Assembly (NCBI GenBank): GCA_047602755.1
Contig: JBLKOM010000001.1
Span: 147,679-211,678, forward strand
Direction: 5' to 3'
DNA: 64,000 bases
DNA from: Candidatus Woesearchaeota archaeon
GTDB lineage: Archaea > Nanobdellota > Nanobdellia > Woesearchaeales > JACJVV01
Shown: positions 50,736 to 61,668 of the stretch, piece by piece
Layout of the letters: each line of letters opens with the position of its first letter
Numbering within the stretch: position 1 is the stretch's first letter
Translations under genes and position numbers: made by a program
Notes under the pieces: model-generated
The model's input: the letters and a program-made list of their open reading frames with translations, nothing else
Database searches by the model: none
Told to the model about the DNA's origin: nothing

Positions 50736-51650
50736 TTATTTTTTAACTTTATCCAGAAAATTAGTTATATATTTTTTTGGATATAAAAAATATTTTATAA
50801 TAAATAATAATTCATAATACATATCTAAAAATATAATACTAAATTTAGAATATTTATTTTCACAATTATTTTTTTGTTTATTAATAAGCTTAAATTTTAA
50901 AAGATTAGAATTCCATATATGATTATAATTACTATGCTTATTCCATGGTTTCCAAATTGACCTACCTTCAAAATGTAAAGTAATAGCTTTTAATTTATTT
51001 AATTTAATCCCAGTCTTATTGTATAAATCAGAGGGTGATAATGCATATAACCGTGACAATTTTTTCCATTTATCACGAAACACTAAATTAAATATAGCTT
51101 GTTCTGGATATAAAGTATATTTCCCAACTGAGTTATAACGTTTTACAATATTATCATATAAATTAATTGAAATTATATTTGTAGAGAATGACATTAAACC
51201 AACATTAAAAGCTTTATAATCTTTATTGGAAAGAAAAGATAATTCTTGCAACTTATTAAAATTAATAATATTAAATTGACCTTTCAAATCTGTAAAATCT
51301 TCAGTTGCATAAAAACCATCATTAATCAATCCATCCAATGATGCAAGAACAATTATATCAGCATCAAGAAAAATAACATGCTCCCATTTCTTAAAATAAG
51401 AAGTAAACAAATCAAATTTAGATAATATAGTAGTAGGAAAATTAGTTTTATCTTTTTTTTTAATAGGATGACATTTTTTAACTATTATTCCTTGATTCTT
51501 AAAAGCACTTAAATCTTTATCTTTAATACCAACTGACAAAAGTAGCATATCATCTTTCCAACCACCATTATTATAAGCACTACTAAATAATTGTTTTGCC
51601 TGATTAATATAATTTGAATCAGCTAATGTAACTAAAACATTTTTTTTCAT
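50736..51650 (-). CDS. Glycosyltransferase family 8
   Basis: FLDADII, FNVG, EQAIFN, HFEG...KPW. Confidence 0.88.
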   Translation of the reverse strand: MKKNVLVTLADSNYINQAKQLFSSAYNNGGWKDDMLLLSVGIKDKDLSAFKNQGIIVKKCHPIKKKDKTNFPTTILSKFDLFTSYFKKWEHVIFLDADIIVLASLDGLINDGFYATEDFTDLKGQFNIINFNKLQELSFLSNKDYKAFNVGLMSFSTNIISINLYDNIVKRYNSVGKYTLYPEQAIFNLVFRDKWKKLSRLYALSPSDLYNKTGIKLNKLKAITLHFEGRSIWKPWNKHSNYNHIWNSNLLKFKLINKQKNNCENKYSKFSIIFLDMYYELLFIIKYFLYPKKYITNFLDKVKK

Positions 51651-52660
51651 TTTTTAAAAAACTTCTTGACTTTTTTTATAAATCTATAAGTTTTAGGTGA
51701 TTTTTCACGTATTTTAATACCGATTTGACCAAGCATGAAATCAAATCTAGACAAAAAGAAATAATAAGCAACAATTGGATGCCTAAATAAAACTAAATAA
51801 GAATTAGAACGATAAAAACCATTAGGACGAATAGATAAATTAATTTCATTAGCTTTTTTAAGATAATTTCTCCAATCATCATAAAATGAATTCTTAGGAT
51901 GCCAAGGTTTATATTCTTTACCTACACCAATAAAATGAATAATTATACCAAATGAATTCCAAAACAATTTTTTATTACTATTTTTTATTGAAGGTTTTTT
52001 AGACATACTACTAAAAAAAGCATATGGTGTGTTATAATACAAAGTATTAAGTAATTTCCAATCATTAATAAAATAAATATTTAAAATAGCTTGCTCAGGA
52101 AAAAAAATAATTTTTTTATACTTAAAATACAAACTAACTAAATCATTAAAAGTATTTTTTTTAATAATACTAGTATTAATAACCATAAATCCAACATTAA
52201 ATGAAAGTTTTCTAAGATTATAATTCTTTTTTAGTTCTAAATACAATTTAGGATTTTTCTTATATCCATCTAAAAACTGCCACTTAACAGGGTGACCATA
52301 ATCCATTGAAGCAGCAAATCCTTCAATTTTTAATAATTCATCAATATTAAACCTTACTATAATATCTCCATCAAGATAAATAACATGAGACCATTTTTTA
52401 AAATATTCATTAAATAAATAGAATTTAGAAAGAATTGTTGAAGGCCAACTAGCAAATTTTACATTATCAATAGGCTTAATTTTTTTAATAATAATTCCTC
52501 TATCTCTAAACCATTTTAGCTTTTTCTCAGGTATTTGATGAGATAATAATAAATAATCGCCTTTCCAGCCTGAATTAAAATAAACACTCGAAAACATAGC
52601 TTTTACTGGGTCTAAATAATTTGAATCAGCTAATGCAACTATTACTGCTTTTTTTGTCAT
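51647..52660 (-). CDS. Glycosyltransferase family 8
   Basis: YLDGDII, FNVG, EQAILN, HFIG...KPW. Confidence 0.88.
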   Translation of the reverse strand: MTKKAVIVALADSNYLDPVKAMFSSVYFNSGWKGDYLLLSHQIPEKKLKWFRDRGIIIKKIKPIDNVKFASWPSTILSKFYLFNEYFKKWSHVIYLDGDIIVRFNIDELLKIEGFAASMDYGHPVKWQFLDGYKKNPKLYLELKKNYNLRKLSFNVGFMVINTSIIKKNTFNDLVSLYFKYKKIIFFPEQAILNIYFINDWKLLNTLYYNTPYAFFSSMSKKPSIKNSNKKLFWNSFGIIIHFIGVGKEYKPWHPKNSFYDDWRNYLKKANEINLSIRPNGFYRSNSYLVLFRHPIVAYYFFLSRFDFMLGQIGIKIREKSPKTYRFIKKVKKFFKK

Positions 52661-53628
52661 AATAACTCCAAAAAATATTTTTTAAATAATTTAGTTTGTG
52701 TATTTTTATTAGGCAAATATATATCTTTAATGTTAGTATTAGTATCATTTAATAAAGTTTTTTTAATAATATTATCAAAACATTTTTGAGACAAATTAGA
52801 TAATATATATTCTTTAGGGACAAAATAATTTGAACCAACGCCCTTTGATAAAATAGGAATACAACCACATTTTAATGCTTCCATAACAACTACTGGGTGA
52901 GGATCATAATCTGGTAGATGAATTAAATATTTACACATATAATAATATTTATTAACATTTGTAATCTCACCTAAATATAGTATTTTATTATTTAATTTTG
53001 ATAGTTTTTCAATCTTACATTTTTCTGAACCATTACCAATTACAATCAATTTTTTTATATCTTCACAACCCAAACAAAAAGAAATGATGCGAGAAATATT
53101 TTTATCAGGGTCTAAACGACCTACATAAAGAGCATAATTCTGTCGCTTAATTTTTAGTTTTTTCATATCTCTAACATAGGGTACACACACTTTTATATTA
53201 CAATTTACATATTGTGAAATCATTGTTTTATTCTGATTTGATACTGAAATAACACCATTAATACATTTAGTAATTTTAAAAAGCAATTTATCTTTCATAT
53301 ACTGAAAAAAAGAGTTATTACCATGAACAGTTTTATAAAAAATCAAATCGCCATCTAAATAAATTAATTTTAATTTTGGATTACGTTTTTTAAGATAATA
53401 ACCTATAAATAAAGAAGAACCTCCATCAAGCAATAAAATATCTGAATCAGTTTTTATTTTATAACTATAGATAAAAGAAATAAAAGGCATAAATATTCTA
53501 ATAAATGCAAATTTTTTATATAAATTTACAAACCATCTCATTCCTGATTGTTTAAATTTAGCACCCACACATTTTGCATATTCAAGATGAACATTATGAG
53601 GATCATGTGAAATAAATGATACATTCAT
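52657..53628 (-). CDS. Glycosyltransferase family 4
   Basis: YVGRLDPDKNI, DPHPVVVMEALKCG. Confidence 0.85.
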   Translation of the reverse strand: MNVSFISHDPHNVHLEYAKCVGAKFKQSGMRWFVNLYKKFAFIRIFMPFISFIYSYKIKTDSDILLLDGGSSLFIGYYLKKRNPKLKLIYLDGDLIFYKTVHGNNSFFQYMKDKLLFKITKCINGVISVSNQNKTMISQYVNCNIKVCVPYVRDMKKLKIKRQNYALYVGRLDPDKNISRIISFCLGCEDIKKLIVIGNGSEKCKIEKLSKLNNKILYLGEITNVNKYYYMCKYLIHLPDYDPHPVVVMEALKCGCIPILSKGVGSNYFVPKEYILSNLSQKCFDNIIKKTLLNDTNTNIKDIYLPNKNTQTKLFKKYFLELL

Positions 53629-54704
53629 TCAATCTCACCTCTAATATTCTTAATAAAATTTTCAACATTAAACTTCTTAGCTTGCTTAATACATTCTTTT
53701 TTATATTTGATTGGATTTTTAGATATTATTCTTACTGCATCAATTAGATTATTAGAATTAATATTATCAATTAGAATTCCAGTCTTTCCATCAATAATTG
53801 ATTCTGGGTAACCCCCATCATTAGGAGCAATTACTGGTTTTCCTGATGCCATTGCTTCAATTACAGTCATACCAAAATCTTCATCTTTTGATGTAGTTAT
53901 AAACCCCTTACATTCTGAGTATAATCTAACAAGTTCATCAAATGAGACCCAATTTTTTATGTCAACATTACCAGGTTTAATTTTATTTATATAACTAGCA
54001 TACTCTACAAAATGTTTAGCCTTTTCATAACTACCAACAATAATTAACTTTTCATCAGATAATTTTTTGAACGCTTCAGTCTGAATCTCAACACGTTTAT
54101 GAGTAATAAGTCGATTAACTGAAAGCCAATAATTTTTAGTAGATGAATAATGAAATTTTTTAGTCTCAATAGGAGGATGTATTATTTTAGAATTTCTATT
54201 AAGATATTTTTTAATACGATTTTGTGTGTTCTTAGAATTACATACTATTTTTTGTATTTCTTTGATATATCTTTTCATCAAAAAACGATTCAAAAAAACC
54301 CATAAATCAAAAAAAGGTCTTTGCCAAAAAGGAACTGTATTTTTTCTAGTATAATTATAAAGATCCCAAATCTCACGTATTGGTGAATGAACATACCATA
54401 AATTAGGCTTATTATTTATGGCACCTGAATATGCCCAATCTCCAGCAATAATATAATAATCATACTTATTACCTAAATTTAAATTTCTAAATCGATATAA
54501 TGATAATTGTTGCTTAAAAGGAGGATTAGTAGGAACTTTCCCAATAGAAAAGATATTAATATCAGAGAAACCCATTTTCTTTATTTTATCATTTGCAATA
54601 TTAGTAGTGTAGATATCTGCATTCAATTCACGAGCAAGAGTAAGAACAACACGCTCAGCACCACCAATATTATCTAGATAATTATGAAAAATTGCTATTC
54701 TCAA
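53625..54704 (-). CDS. Glycosyltransferase family 4
   Basis: GGAERV, EDFGMTVIEAMASGKPV; TTG start. Confidence 0.92.
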   Translation of the reverse strand: MRIAIFHNYLDNIGGAERVVLTLARELNADIYTTNIANDKIKKMGFSDINIFSIGKVPTNPPFKQQLSLYRFRNLNLGNKYDYYIIAGDWAYSGAINNKPNLWYVHSPIREIWDLYNYTRKNTVPFWQRPFFDLWVFLNRFLMKRYIKEIQKIVCNSKNTQNRIKKYLNRNSKIIHPPIETKKFHYSSTKNYWLSVNRLITHKRVEIQTEAFKKLSDEKLIIVGSYEKAKHFVEYASYINKIKPGNVDIKNWVSFDELVRLYSECKGFITTSKDEDFGMTVIEAMASGKPVIAPNDGGYPESIIDGKTGILIDNINSNNLIDAVRIISKNPIKYKKECIKQAKKFNVENFIKNIRGEIE

Positions 54705-54743
54705 ATTTTTCCCCTCATATTTAATCTATCAAAAAATATCTAT

Positions 54744-56168
54744 TTAAATGTTACGTACATCATAAACAAAAGAATGTGATTTAAACAAAATAGGCCAATT
54801 ACATCCATTATCGAAGTCATCTATTATATACGAAATATTTGCACGTTTTATAATATCATACATTTCATCACAATTCTCAGCATTTACATAATCTGCCCAA
54901 TTATGAGGTGTACCATAGAAATGAAAAGCAGCAGCAGGATCTTTTTTTGCTATAGGATATAATGCCATAGATCTAGAAATATCTGTTAAAACCAAACCAT
55001 AAGGATAATCAGCTAATTCAGTAAACATTCTATGATCACTATCAGATATTGCATAATAAACAGTCCATGGGACATTAAAATATTGAAAAAAAGTTAGAAT
55101 AAAAATAATAACAAATAATAAAGCAAATATGGCATTTTTTAATGAAGGACTAAACTTTTTCATATAACCATTAATATAATTAAAACAGTACCATAAACCT
55201 ATAGCACTAAAAATAGGTACTACTAATGCAAAATAATACAGATTTCGCTTATATGGACTAAGTATTGATAAAGAAGTAGCAATATAAAACAAGATATTTC
55301 CTAAAACAACAAAAAACCAAATAACAAATAAATAATAATTTTTTTCTTTCTTATAGATTACATAAAATAACCCAATTAAAGCAAATATATAACCAATTAA
55401 ACTATATAATTCTAAAGGAGAATTATAATAAATAAAACCTTCCCATTGTTGCCAAAAAAATAATTCTCTAAACAATCTTAAAAAAGCCTCAGTTACAGAC
55501 TTTTCTAAAATTAATAAATAATATACAAAACCAAATAAGGGTAAAATCAACAATAATGAATAATATTTAATATTAGGTAAAATATTTTTATAATAAATAC
55601 CCATTAATACTATTAATATTGGTAAACCAAATAAGACAGATATTGGATAAACAAAAACAAGAAACAACATTAAAACTAAACTATAAATTACATAATTAAA
55701 TTTATTCTCTTTTAATCCATAATAAAACCAATATATATAAAGATAAATAAATGGTATAGAAAAAGATAAAGGAGTAAAAAAAATTAATCCTAGAATATTT
55801 ACACTAGATTTTATAGATGCAAAAAAGAATAAAGAAGCAAGAGCAATAAAAGCAGTCTTTTTCTTGTTTTGTTTGTCAATTTTACTAATTACATAATACA
55901 AAGATAAAGCTGAAAAAATAACCCATAATGCTGGTAATAAATGATAAATTCTTACTAAATCGAATCCATAAGATAAACCTGCTAATAAAAAATGAAATCC
56001 AAAACGATAACCTATTGTACCTCCAGTATAAACACCATCACGTAATTTATATGCTTCAGTGATATGATGCCATTCATCAATTGAGAAAGGATATTTATAA
56101 TCAAAATGAGGAGAATAAACTAATACTGAAGTAAAAATAAGAATTATAAACAAAACATATTTAGACAT
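54744..56168 (-). CDS. Multi-pass membrane protein, probable GT-C fold glycosyltransferase
   Basis: Many TM segments, DEWHH in first loop, soluble C-terminal domain; glycosylation cluster context. Confidence 0.6.
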   Translation of the reverse strand: MSKYVLFIILIFTSVLVYSPHFDYKYPFSIDEWHHITEAYKLRDGVYTGGTIGYRFGFHFLLAGLSYGFDLVRIYHLLPALWVIFSALSLYYVISKIDKQNKKKTAFIALASLFFFASIKSSVNILGLIFFTPLSFSIPFIYLYIYWFYYGLKENKFNYVIYSLVLMLFLVFVYPISVLFGLPILIVLMGIYYKNILPNIKYYSLLLILPLFGFVYYLLILEKSVTEAFLRLFRELFFWQQWEGFIYYNSPLELYSLIGYIFALIGLFYVIYKKEKNYYLFVIWFFVVLGNILFYIATSLSILSPYKRNLYYFALVVPIFSAIGLWYCFNYINGYMKKFSPSLKNAIFALLFVIIFILTFFQYFNVPWTVYYAISDSDHRMFTELADYPYGLVLTDISRSMALYPIAKKDPAAAFHFYGTPHNWADYVNAENCDEMYDIIKRANISYIIDDFDNGCNWPILFKSHSFVYDVRNI

Positions 56169-56194
56169 TTTAAAAAAAAGAAAAAAAAGAAGAA

Positions 56195-56734
56195 TTAATT
56201 TGTATAACCATAACTATTTTCAGTTACTTGATTTCTTGCTGGAATACCAACATTAAGAGTACCTTCTTTAGCATGAGGCATTCTCTGACCACCAACCATA
56301 GTTTCCCATGTTACTAATAAATCTGATTGGAAATTCGAATTAGGTACTTGTGAATCACACCAAACAGTTACTCTTTCAGATTGCCCTGCACCAATATTAA
56401 GCTTTGGTGAAACACCACTATTGATAGTTCTCCATGTTTCTTCTTCTTGTACGTAACCATAAGTTGATTTTCCTTTACAATTTTCAACTTCTAATTGAAA
56501 ATCATACGCTGTTGAACCTATTCCGTTTGTTACCATGAATGTAACTCCACGTAAACCTGCTGAAACTCCTGTAACTTGAAATTCTGGCCCTATATCAGCT
56601 CGTGTTGGTAAGAAAGTACTTGGACTTAACAAACCAAAAAATGCTAAAGCGGCAATTGCAATTAATACAATTAATAAAGCCCATCCATAAGTCATTAAGA
56701 ATTCCATTGCTGCTTGTCCTTTTTTATTAACCAT
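56195..56734 (-). CDS. Type IV pilin-like protein (class III signal peptide)
   Basis: KKG/QAAMEFLMTYGWALLIVLIAIAAL; GAGGTG SD. Confidence 0.88.
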   Translation of the reverse strand: MVNKKGQAAMEFLMTYGWALLIVLIAIAALAFFGLLSPSTFLPTRADIGPEFQVTGVSAGLRGVTFMVTNGIGSTAYDFQLEVENCKGKSTYGYVQEEETWRTINSGVSPKLNIGAGQSERVTVWCDSQVPNSNFQSDLLVTWETMVGGQRMPHAKEGTLNVGIPARNQVTENSYGYTN

Positions 56735-56842
56735 TATTTTAACACCTCATAATCTATTTAATAGTATAATACTAGATATTTAATTGTTTTGGTTTATAAA
56801 TATTTCTGAAAAAACCTATTAAAATACCAAAGATAAACCCTA

Positions 56843-57967
56843 TTACTTATGCTTAATAGCGATAATGCTCAGCATAAAAGCTGAAAATATTGTTTGAATA
56901 CCTATAACTAAAAAAGTTAATGATACAATTAAATTCTTAACTTCTAGTATTGATTTAAAGCCTGAATTAATCCAATCATAAATTATTAATAATGGCAAAC
57001 CAATACCAAATCCTATAAATATTAAACCAAAAGTACATGCTCGTTCTAAAGTCATAAACTCAAAAAAATGATTCATAAAAATACTTTCTTCATTAAAATG
57101 AATAATTGCATATGTTTTTGCAAATGCTGAGAATAAAATTAGTTGATATCCAATAATAATTAAGGTTGAAGACAAAAACATAGGATGAAAATATAATTGA
57201 ACGCCAAATAATAAAGGAGAATCTAAATAAAACCAAATCATTGATATTATACCAAATAAAAACAAGAATATTCCTGGGAAAAAAAATAAAAATAATGGGC
57301 TATACATTAACATAAAACGCAAATGTCGCCAACCATCTTGAAAACTGCTTAATTTAGATTCACCTTTTCTAATATTGTAAGAAATAGGTATCTCTTTAAT
57401 ATTAAAATTAAGCTTAATTGCTTTAATTAGCATTTCAGAAGCAAATTCCATTCCAGTAGTTTGCAAATTCATTTGATCATAAGCAGATTTTTTAATTGCT
57501 CGCAATCCACAATGAGCATCTCCTACTTTACCACGAAAAAATAAACGTAAAATCCAAGACAATAATGGATTACCTACATAACGATGAAGCCATGGCATTG
57601 AATCTTTAGAAATTTTTCCTTTTAATCTATTACCAATTACAAAATCATATCCTTTATCTAAATGTTTAATCATAGCTAGAGCATAATTAAAATCATAAGT
57701 TCCATCAGCATCACCAATAATAACATAATCTCCAGTTACTGCTTTAAATCCTTCCAAATAAGCCCTACCATAACCAATTTGATCATGTTTTACCAATTTT
57801 ACTCCAAATTTCTTTGCTATTTCTGGAGACTTATCAGATGAACTATCTGATACAATTATTTCAGCATCTAAATCATTTTTCTTAATAACTTCGTTTATTT
57901 GCCCAAGTACAAAAGGCAATGCTAATTCCTCATTTCTACAAGGTAATACAAAACTTATTTTCGGCAT
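56843..57967 (-). CDS. GT2 polyprenol-phosphate glycosyltransferase (DPM1-like) with C-terminal TMs
   Basis: PCRNEE, GYGRA, DADGTYD, GNR, R.GESKL. Confidence 0.92.
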   Translation of the reverse strand: MPKISFVLPCRNEELALPFVLGQINEVIKKNDLDAEIIVSDSSSDKSPEIAKKFGVKLVKHDQIGYGRAYLEGFKAVTGDYVIIGDADGTYDFNYALAMIKHLDKGYDFVIGNRLKGKISKDSMPWLHRYVGNPLLSWILRLFFRGKVGDAHCGLRAIKKSAYDQMNLQTTGMEFASEMLIKAIKLNFNIKEIPISYNIRKGESKLSSFQDGWRHLRFMLMYSPLFLFFFPGIFLFLFGIISMIWFYLDSPLLFGVQLYFHPMFLSSTLIIIGYQLILFSAFAKTYAIIHFNEESIFMNHFFEFMTLERACTFGLIFIGFGIGLPLLIIYDWINSGFKSILEVKNLIVSLTFLVIGIQTIFSAFMLSIIAIKHK

Positions 57968-58133
57968 AATGTAAAAACATAAATCTAATTTATAACAATT
58001 ATCCGTATTTAATATTCATTTAGAATCAAATAAATTATTATTTATATAATAATACAAATCAAGAAAAATATAAAAAAATATATTAAGTACAATCATATTA
58101 TACTATAAATACATTACAGATAAAAAACAAAAA

Positions 58134-58250
58134 ATGGACATCGATGAATATGAAGAAGGTCACATTAATGATAATGAACTAGAGATTGAACCTGAACCAG
58201 AAGATCTAGGATATGCAGATGATGACCTTGATTTAGAAAATGATGAATAA
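58134..58250 (+). CDS. Putative 38-aa highly acidic small protein
   Basis: MDIDEYEEGHINDNELEIEPEPEDLGYADDDLDLENDE*; GA-rich island in an AT-rich intergenic region. Confidence 0.6.
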   Translation: MDIDEYEEGHINDNELEIEPEPEDLGYADDDLDLENDE

Positions 58251-58264
58251 TTTATAAAGGAATA

Positions 58265-58282
58265 CCGAAAACCTTTATAAAA
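58265..58282 (+). promoter_or_regulatory. BRE-TATA promoter of aRF1
   Basis: CCGAAAACCTTTATAAAA. Confidence 0.55.
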
Positions 58283-58336
58283 GATATTTGAATAATTTCT
58301 AATATATTTGTTATATAAATAATTTAAACTAATAAA

Positions 58337-59440
58337 ATGGCAATCAATTCAAAACAAAAACATCAATTAACTAAATTTGTAAAAGAACTTAAAGATTATA
58401 GAGGAAGACATACTGAATTAGTTTCAGTTTATGTTCCTTCAGGTTATGAAATGAATAAAATAATTGCACATCTTGCGCAAGAAAAAGGTACTGCTTCTAA
58501 TATAAAATCTACATCAACTCGAAAAAATGTTGAAGATGCTTTAGAAAGAATGATACAACATTTAAGATTATATACCAGAACTCCAGAACATGGCCTTGCA
58601 GCATTTTCAGGTAATGTTGCTGAAAGAGAAGGTCAAAGTGATGTCAAAGTATGGAGCATTGAACCTCCTGTAGCATTAAACTTACGTTTATATAGATGTG
58701 ATAAACAATTTGTACTTGAACCGTTAATTGAATTAACAGAAGTAAAAGAAGTTTTTGGATTAGTTGTAATGGACAGAAGAGAATGTAGTATTGCATTTCT
58801 TAAAGGAAAAACAATTATTCCATTAGCGAATGAAACTTCAAATGTCCCTGGAAAAACAAGAGCAGGAGGACAATCATCTGCAAGATATATGAGATTAAGA
58901 GAAGATGCTGCAAAAGATTTCTATAAAGAAGTAGCAAGAATGATTAAAGATCATTTCTTTGAAGTACAAGATTTAAAAGGAATAATTGTGGGTGGTCCTG
59001 GCCCATCAAAATATGAATTAGTTGAAAAACATGATTATATAACTAATGAATTGAAAAAAAAAATTATAGCGATAAAAGACATATCTTATACAGATTTTTT
59101 TGGGCTTCAAGAATTAGTAGATAAAAGTGAAGATATATTAGCAAATGAAGCAGTAGTAGATGAAAAAAGATTAATGAATAGATTTTTTGAAACATTAAAT
59201 AAAGATCCTGATATGGTAGCATATGGAAAAAAACACGTTAAAGAATCTATTGAAAAAGGAGCCACAGATATATTACTAATTAGTGAAACTGTCGACGATA
59301 ATATTATTGAAGAATTCGAAAATATATGTGAACAATTTGGGACAAAAGTTGAAATAATATCAACTGAAACAAGAGAAGGAAAACAATTGCATGATATTGG
59401 ACAATTTGCAGCATTATTAAGATATAAAATTAATTATTAA
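58337..59440 (+). CDS. prf1: Peptide chain release factor aRF1
   Basis: TASNIKS, YRCD, AGGQS. Confidence 0.97.
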   Translation: MAINSKQKHQLTKFVKELKDYRGRHTELVSVYVPSGYEMNKIIAHLAQEKGTASNIKSTSTRKNVEDALERMIQHLRLYTRTPEHGLAAFSGNVAEREGQSDVKVWSIEPPVALNLRLYRCDKQFVLEPLIELTEVKEVFGLVVMDRRECSIAFLKGKTIIPLANETSNVPGKTRAGGQSSARYMRLREDAAKDFYKEVARMIKDHFFEVQDLKGIIVGGPGPSKYELVEKHDYITNELKKKIIAIKDISYTDFFGLQELVDKSEDILANEAVVDEKRLMNRFFETLNKDPDMVAYGKKHVKESIEKGATDILLISETVDDNIIEEFENICEQFGTKVEIISTETREGKQLHDIGQFAALLRYKINY

Positions 59441-59523
59441 ATTATAATTTTTAAAATATAAAAGTAAAATTAATCATAACAAAAAAGAATAATTAAATAA
59501 TATCAATCATAACAGATTCTAAA

Positions 59524-60033
59524 TTATTCTTCAATTATTTTATGACGCTTCTTCTTAATATATCCTTCAAGAGCAGGTATTCCATAATCTAATGGAACAG
59601 CAAAAAATGCAGCATTAATCATTCCAAGCATTACATATTTCAAAAAATAAATGAAATGTTGATTCCAATATATCTTTGAAGTTAATGATAATGAAGCAAT
59701 TACAACAATAAGCATAACGCTAAATGTAAATAATCCACGTCTACTAGCAATACGTACTGATTCAAATTTAGTATTACCAGCTTTGTATACAATTAAAGAA
59801 GTAATTATTAACCAGAAACCGCCACCTAAAACTAAAATTAAATAAAGTGAATTTACACTTAATAACATAGTCCATGAATAATATAATAAATAATTATACC
59901 AAAAAATAATTCCTAACACACTACCTATTACAGCTAAAAGAAAATTTTGAAATTTATAATACAACAAAAAATCAATATTATATCTAAATACATGAGTTCT
60001 TAATGATTTTGGGTTATGTGATATATGTTTCAT
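59524..60033 (-). CDS. Hypothetical membrane protein
   Basis: About 4 TM segments. Confidence 0.65.
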   Translation of the reverse strand: MKHISHNPKSLRTHVFRYNIDFLLYYKFQNFLLAVIGSVLGIIFWYNYLLYYSWTMLLSVNSLYLILVLGGGFWLIITSLIVYKAGNTKFESVRIASRRGLFTFSVMLIVVIASLSLTSKIYWNQHFIYFLKYVMLGMINAAFFAVPLDYGIPALEGYIKKKRHKIIEE

Positions 60034-60087
60034 TTTTTTACAATTTTTCTTCTACCATTTTAAATTATATCATTATAATTTCATAAT

Positions 60088-60615
60088 TCATTTCTTAAGA
60101 AATGAAAATGTTACAGCACCAAACATTCCAACAGATTGTGCAGCTATAAAATTTCTAAATACTTCTATATTATACAATTCATATGTTAACTTATTAACTA
60201 AAACAAGCAACAATAAAATAACCATTAATACACTAAAATAAGTAAAAAAAAATCTTTTAAATAACATTTTAATAAACCACATATTAATCTTAAAATTATC
60301 CCTAAACTCATAATTTAAAGCAAGAATAACACAAAGAATAAAAAAAAGGTGAATTAAAACCAAAAAAGAAGTTGCAACACCTGGAAGATAATCCCAAAAA
60401 CTTGTATTAATGAAAGCAGGTAAACCAAAAACACAACATCCTATTGCAATTTGTGAAAAATCATTAAAAGAAAAATGCTCAACTTCCCTAAATATTTGAC
60501 GTTTTTTAAAAGTATCTTTATGTATATCATAATCAATACGTTTAAGCAATAAATTTTCTTTTCTTTTAATATCATGAATCTCCTTTCGCAAAGATTCAAT
60601 ACTATTATCTACCAT
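60088..60615 (-). CDS. DUF2391-like membrane protein
   Basis: FSFNDFSQIAIG, KRF..Y, GAVT motifs. Confidence 0.6.
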   Translation of the reverse strand: MVDNSIESLRKEIHDIKRKENLLLKRIDYDIHKDTFKKRQIFREVEHFSFNDFSQIAIGCCVFGLPAFINTSFWDYLPGVATSFLVLIHLFFILCVILALNYEFRDNFKINMWFIKMLFKRFFFTYFSVLMVILLLLVLVNKLTYELYNIEVFRNFIAAQSVGMFGAVTFSFLKK

Positions 60616-60681
60616 AAACTAGTAATAATCTTATTATTTTTAAAGTTAAGTTGCTCTTATATAATAACAACATATAAAACA

Positions 60682-61668
60682 TTATATATTACCAAACAAT
60701 TGCTTTATATATTCAGTAGCATAGCTTCCTTTTGGAAGAATAAAACTAAGTTTACATTTTTTCATGCCAGGATTAAGCTCATCATCATCAAAACCAACAA
60801 TAACTGGTTCCTTAACATCCACATATATTTTTCTAAAACCTCCTTCAAGTCCCATACCGGGGATTTTAGAAAGTATAAAATCTCTTCTAGAAATTCCTTC
60901 ATCATTCAAAACATTATTAATTATTTGATAAATAGCATCATTACAATTATCAACATCAAAACCAACTAAAGGAAATTCAAAAACATTAGATATAGGCGTA
61001 GAACTACTATTCTGCTTAATGCTAGAAATATATTTCTCAACACAAATATTCCATAAATAACTTTGATATGCTTGCAAATAAATACGCAAAATATTTTTAT
61101 TTAACCTATTAAGTGCACCTAATGTATCCGTTGAATTTGCATTAATATATTCAAAAAAAAAATGATCTTCAGAAACTTTACTAATTAAATCAACAGCTTC
61201 AGCATACTTTCCTTTAATAATCCTTCTACCTATTTCTATATTTTCTGATGAAAATCTCTGTTCACCAAAAAAATTTAACATTCTTGAGATAATTTTTGGT
61301 TTATTAGTAACATTTCTTACTACAATTAAAAACCTATTTTCTTGAAGAAAACCTGGAAAAAGTCTTTCATCACGAAATCCAACTAAACGAAGTGAAACAT
61401 CATCAAAATCATATTCCTCATTAAACTTTCGTTTTTTAGGAATGGATATATACTGCAAAGTAATTGCTTTTTTATCTTTTAACCCAGAATACCCAATATC
61501 TTTTCTTTTAATTTTAAAACGATTAGAAATAATATCTAAAGCTTGAAAAGTCGTTAAATCTCTTTTCAGCATAGAATAAACATAAAATTTTCCATTTTGA
61601 GAAATAGAACCATCAGTTAAAATTTCTTTAACATTAAAATCCTCAGGAATTTGCTTTATTTTGTACAT
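60682..61668 (-). CDS. truD: tRNA pseudouridine(13) synthase TruD
   Basis: KQIPEDFNVKE, GLKDKKAIT.Q, NFFGEQRF, LPKGSYAT. Confidence 0.95.
   Translation of the reverse strand: MYKIKQIPEDFNVKEILTDGSISQNGKFYVYSMLKRDLTTFQALDIISNRFKIKRKDIGYSGLKDKKAITLQYISIPKKRKFNEEYDFDDVSLRLVGFRDERLFPGFLQENRFLIVVRNVTNKPKIISRMLNFFGEQRFSSENIEIGRRIIKGKYAEAVDLISKVSEDHFFFEYINANSTDTLGALNRLNKNILRIYLQAYQSYLWNICVEKYISSIKQNSSSTPISNVFEFPLVGFDVDNCNDAIYQIINNVLNDEGISRRDFILSKIPGMGLEGGFRKIYVDVKEPVIVGFDDDELNPGMKKCKLSFILPKGSYATEYIKQLFGNI

Noticed and set aside
60574-60969. 131-aa plus-strand ORF
   Set aside because: Antisense overlap with truD and the neighbouring gene; no recognisable motifs
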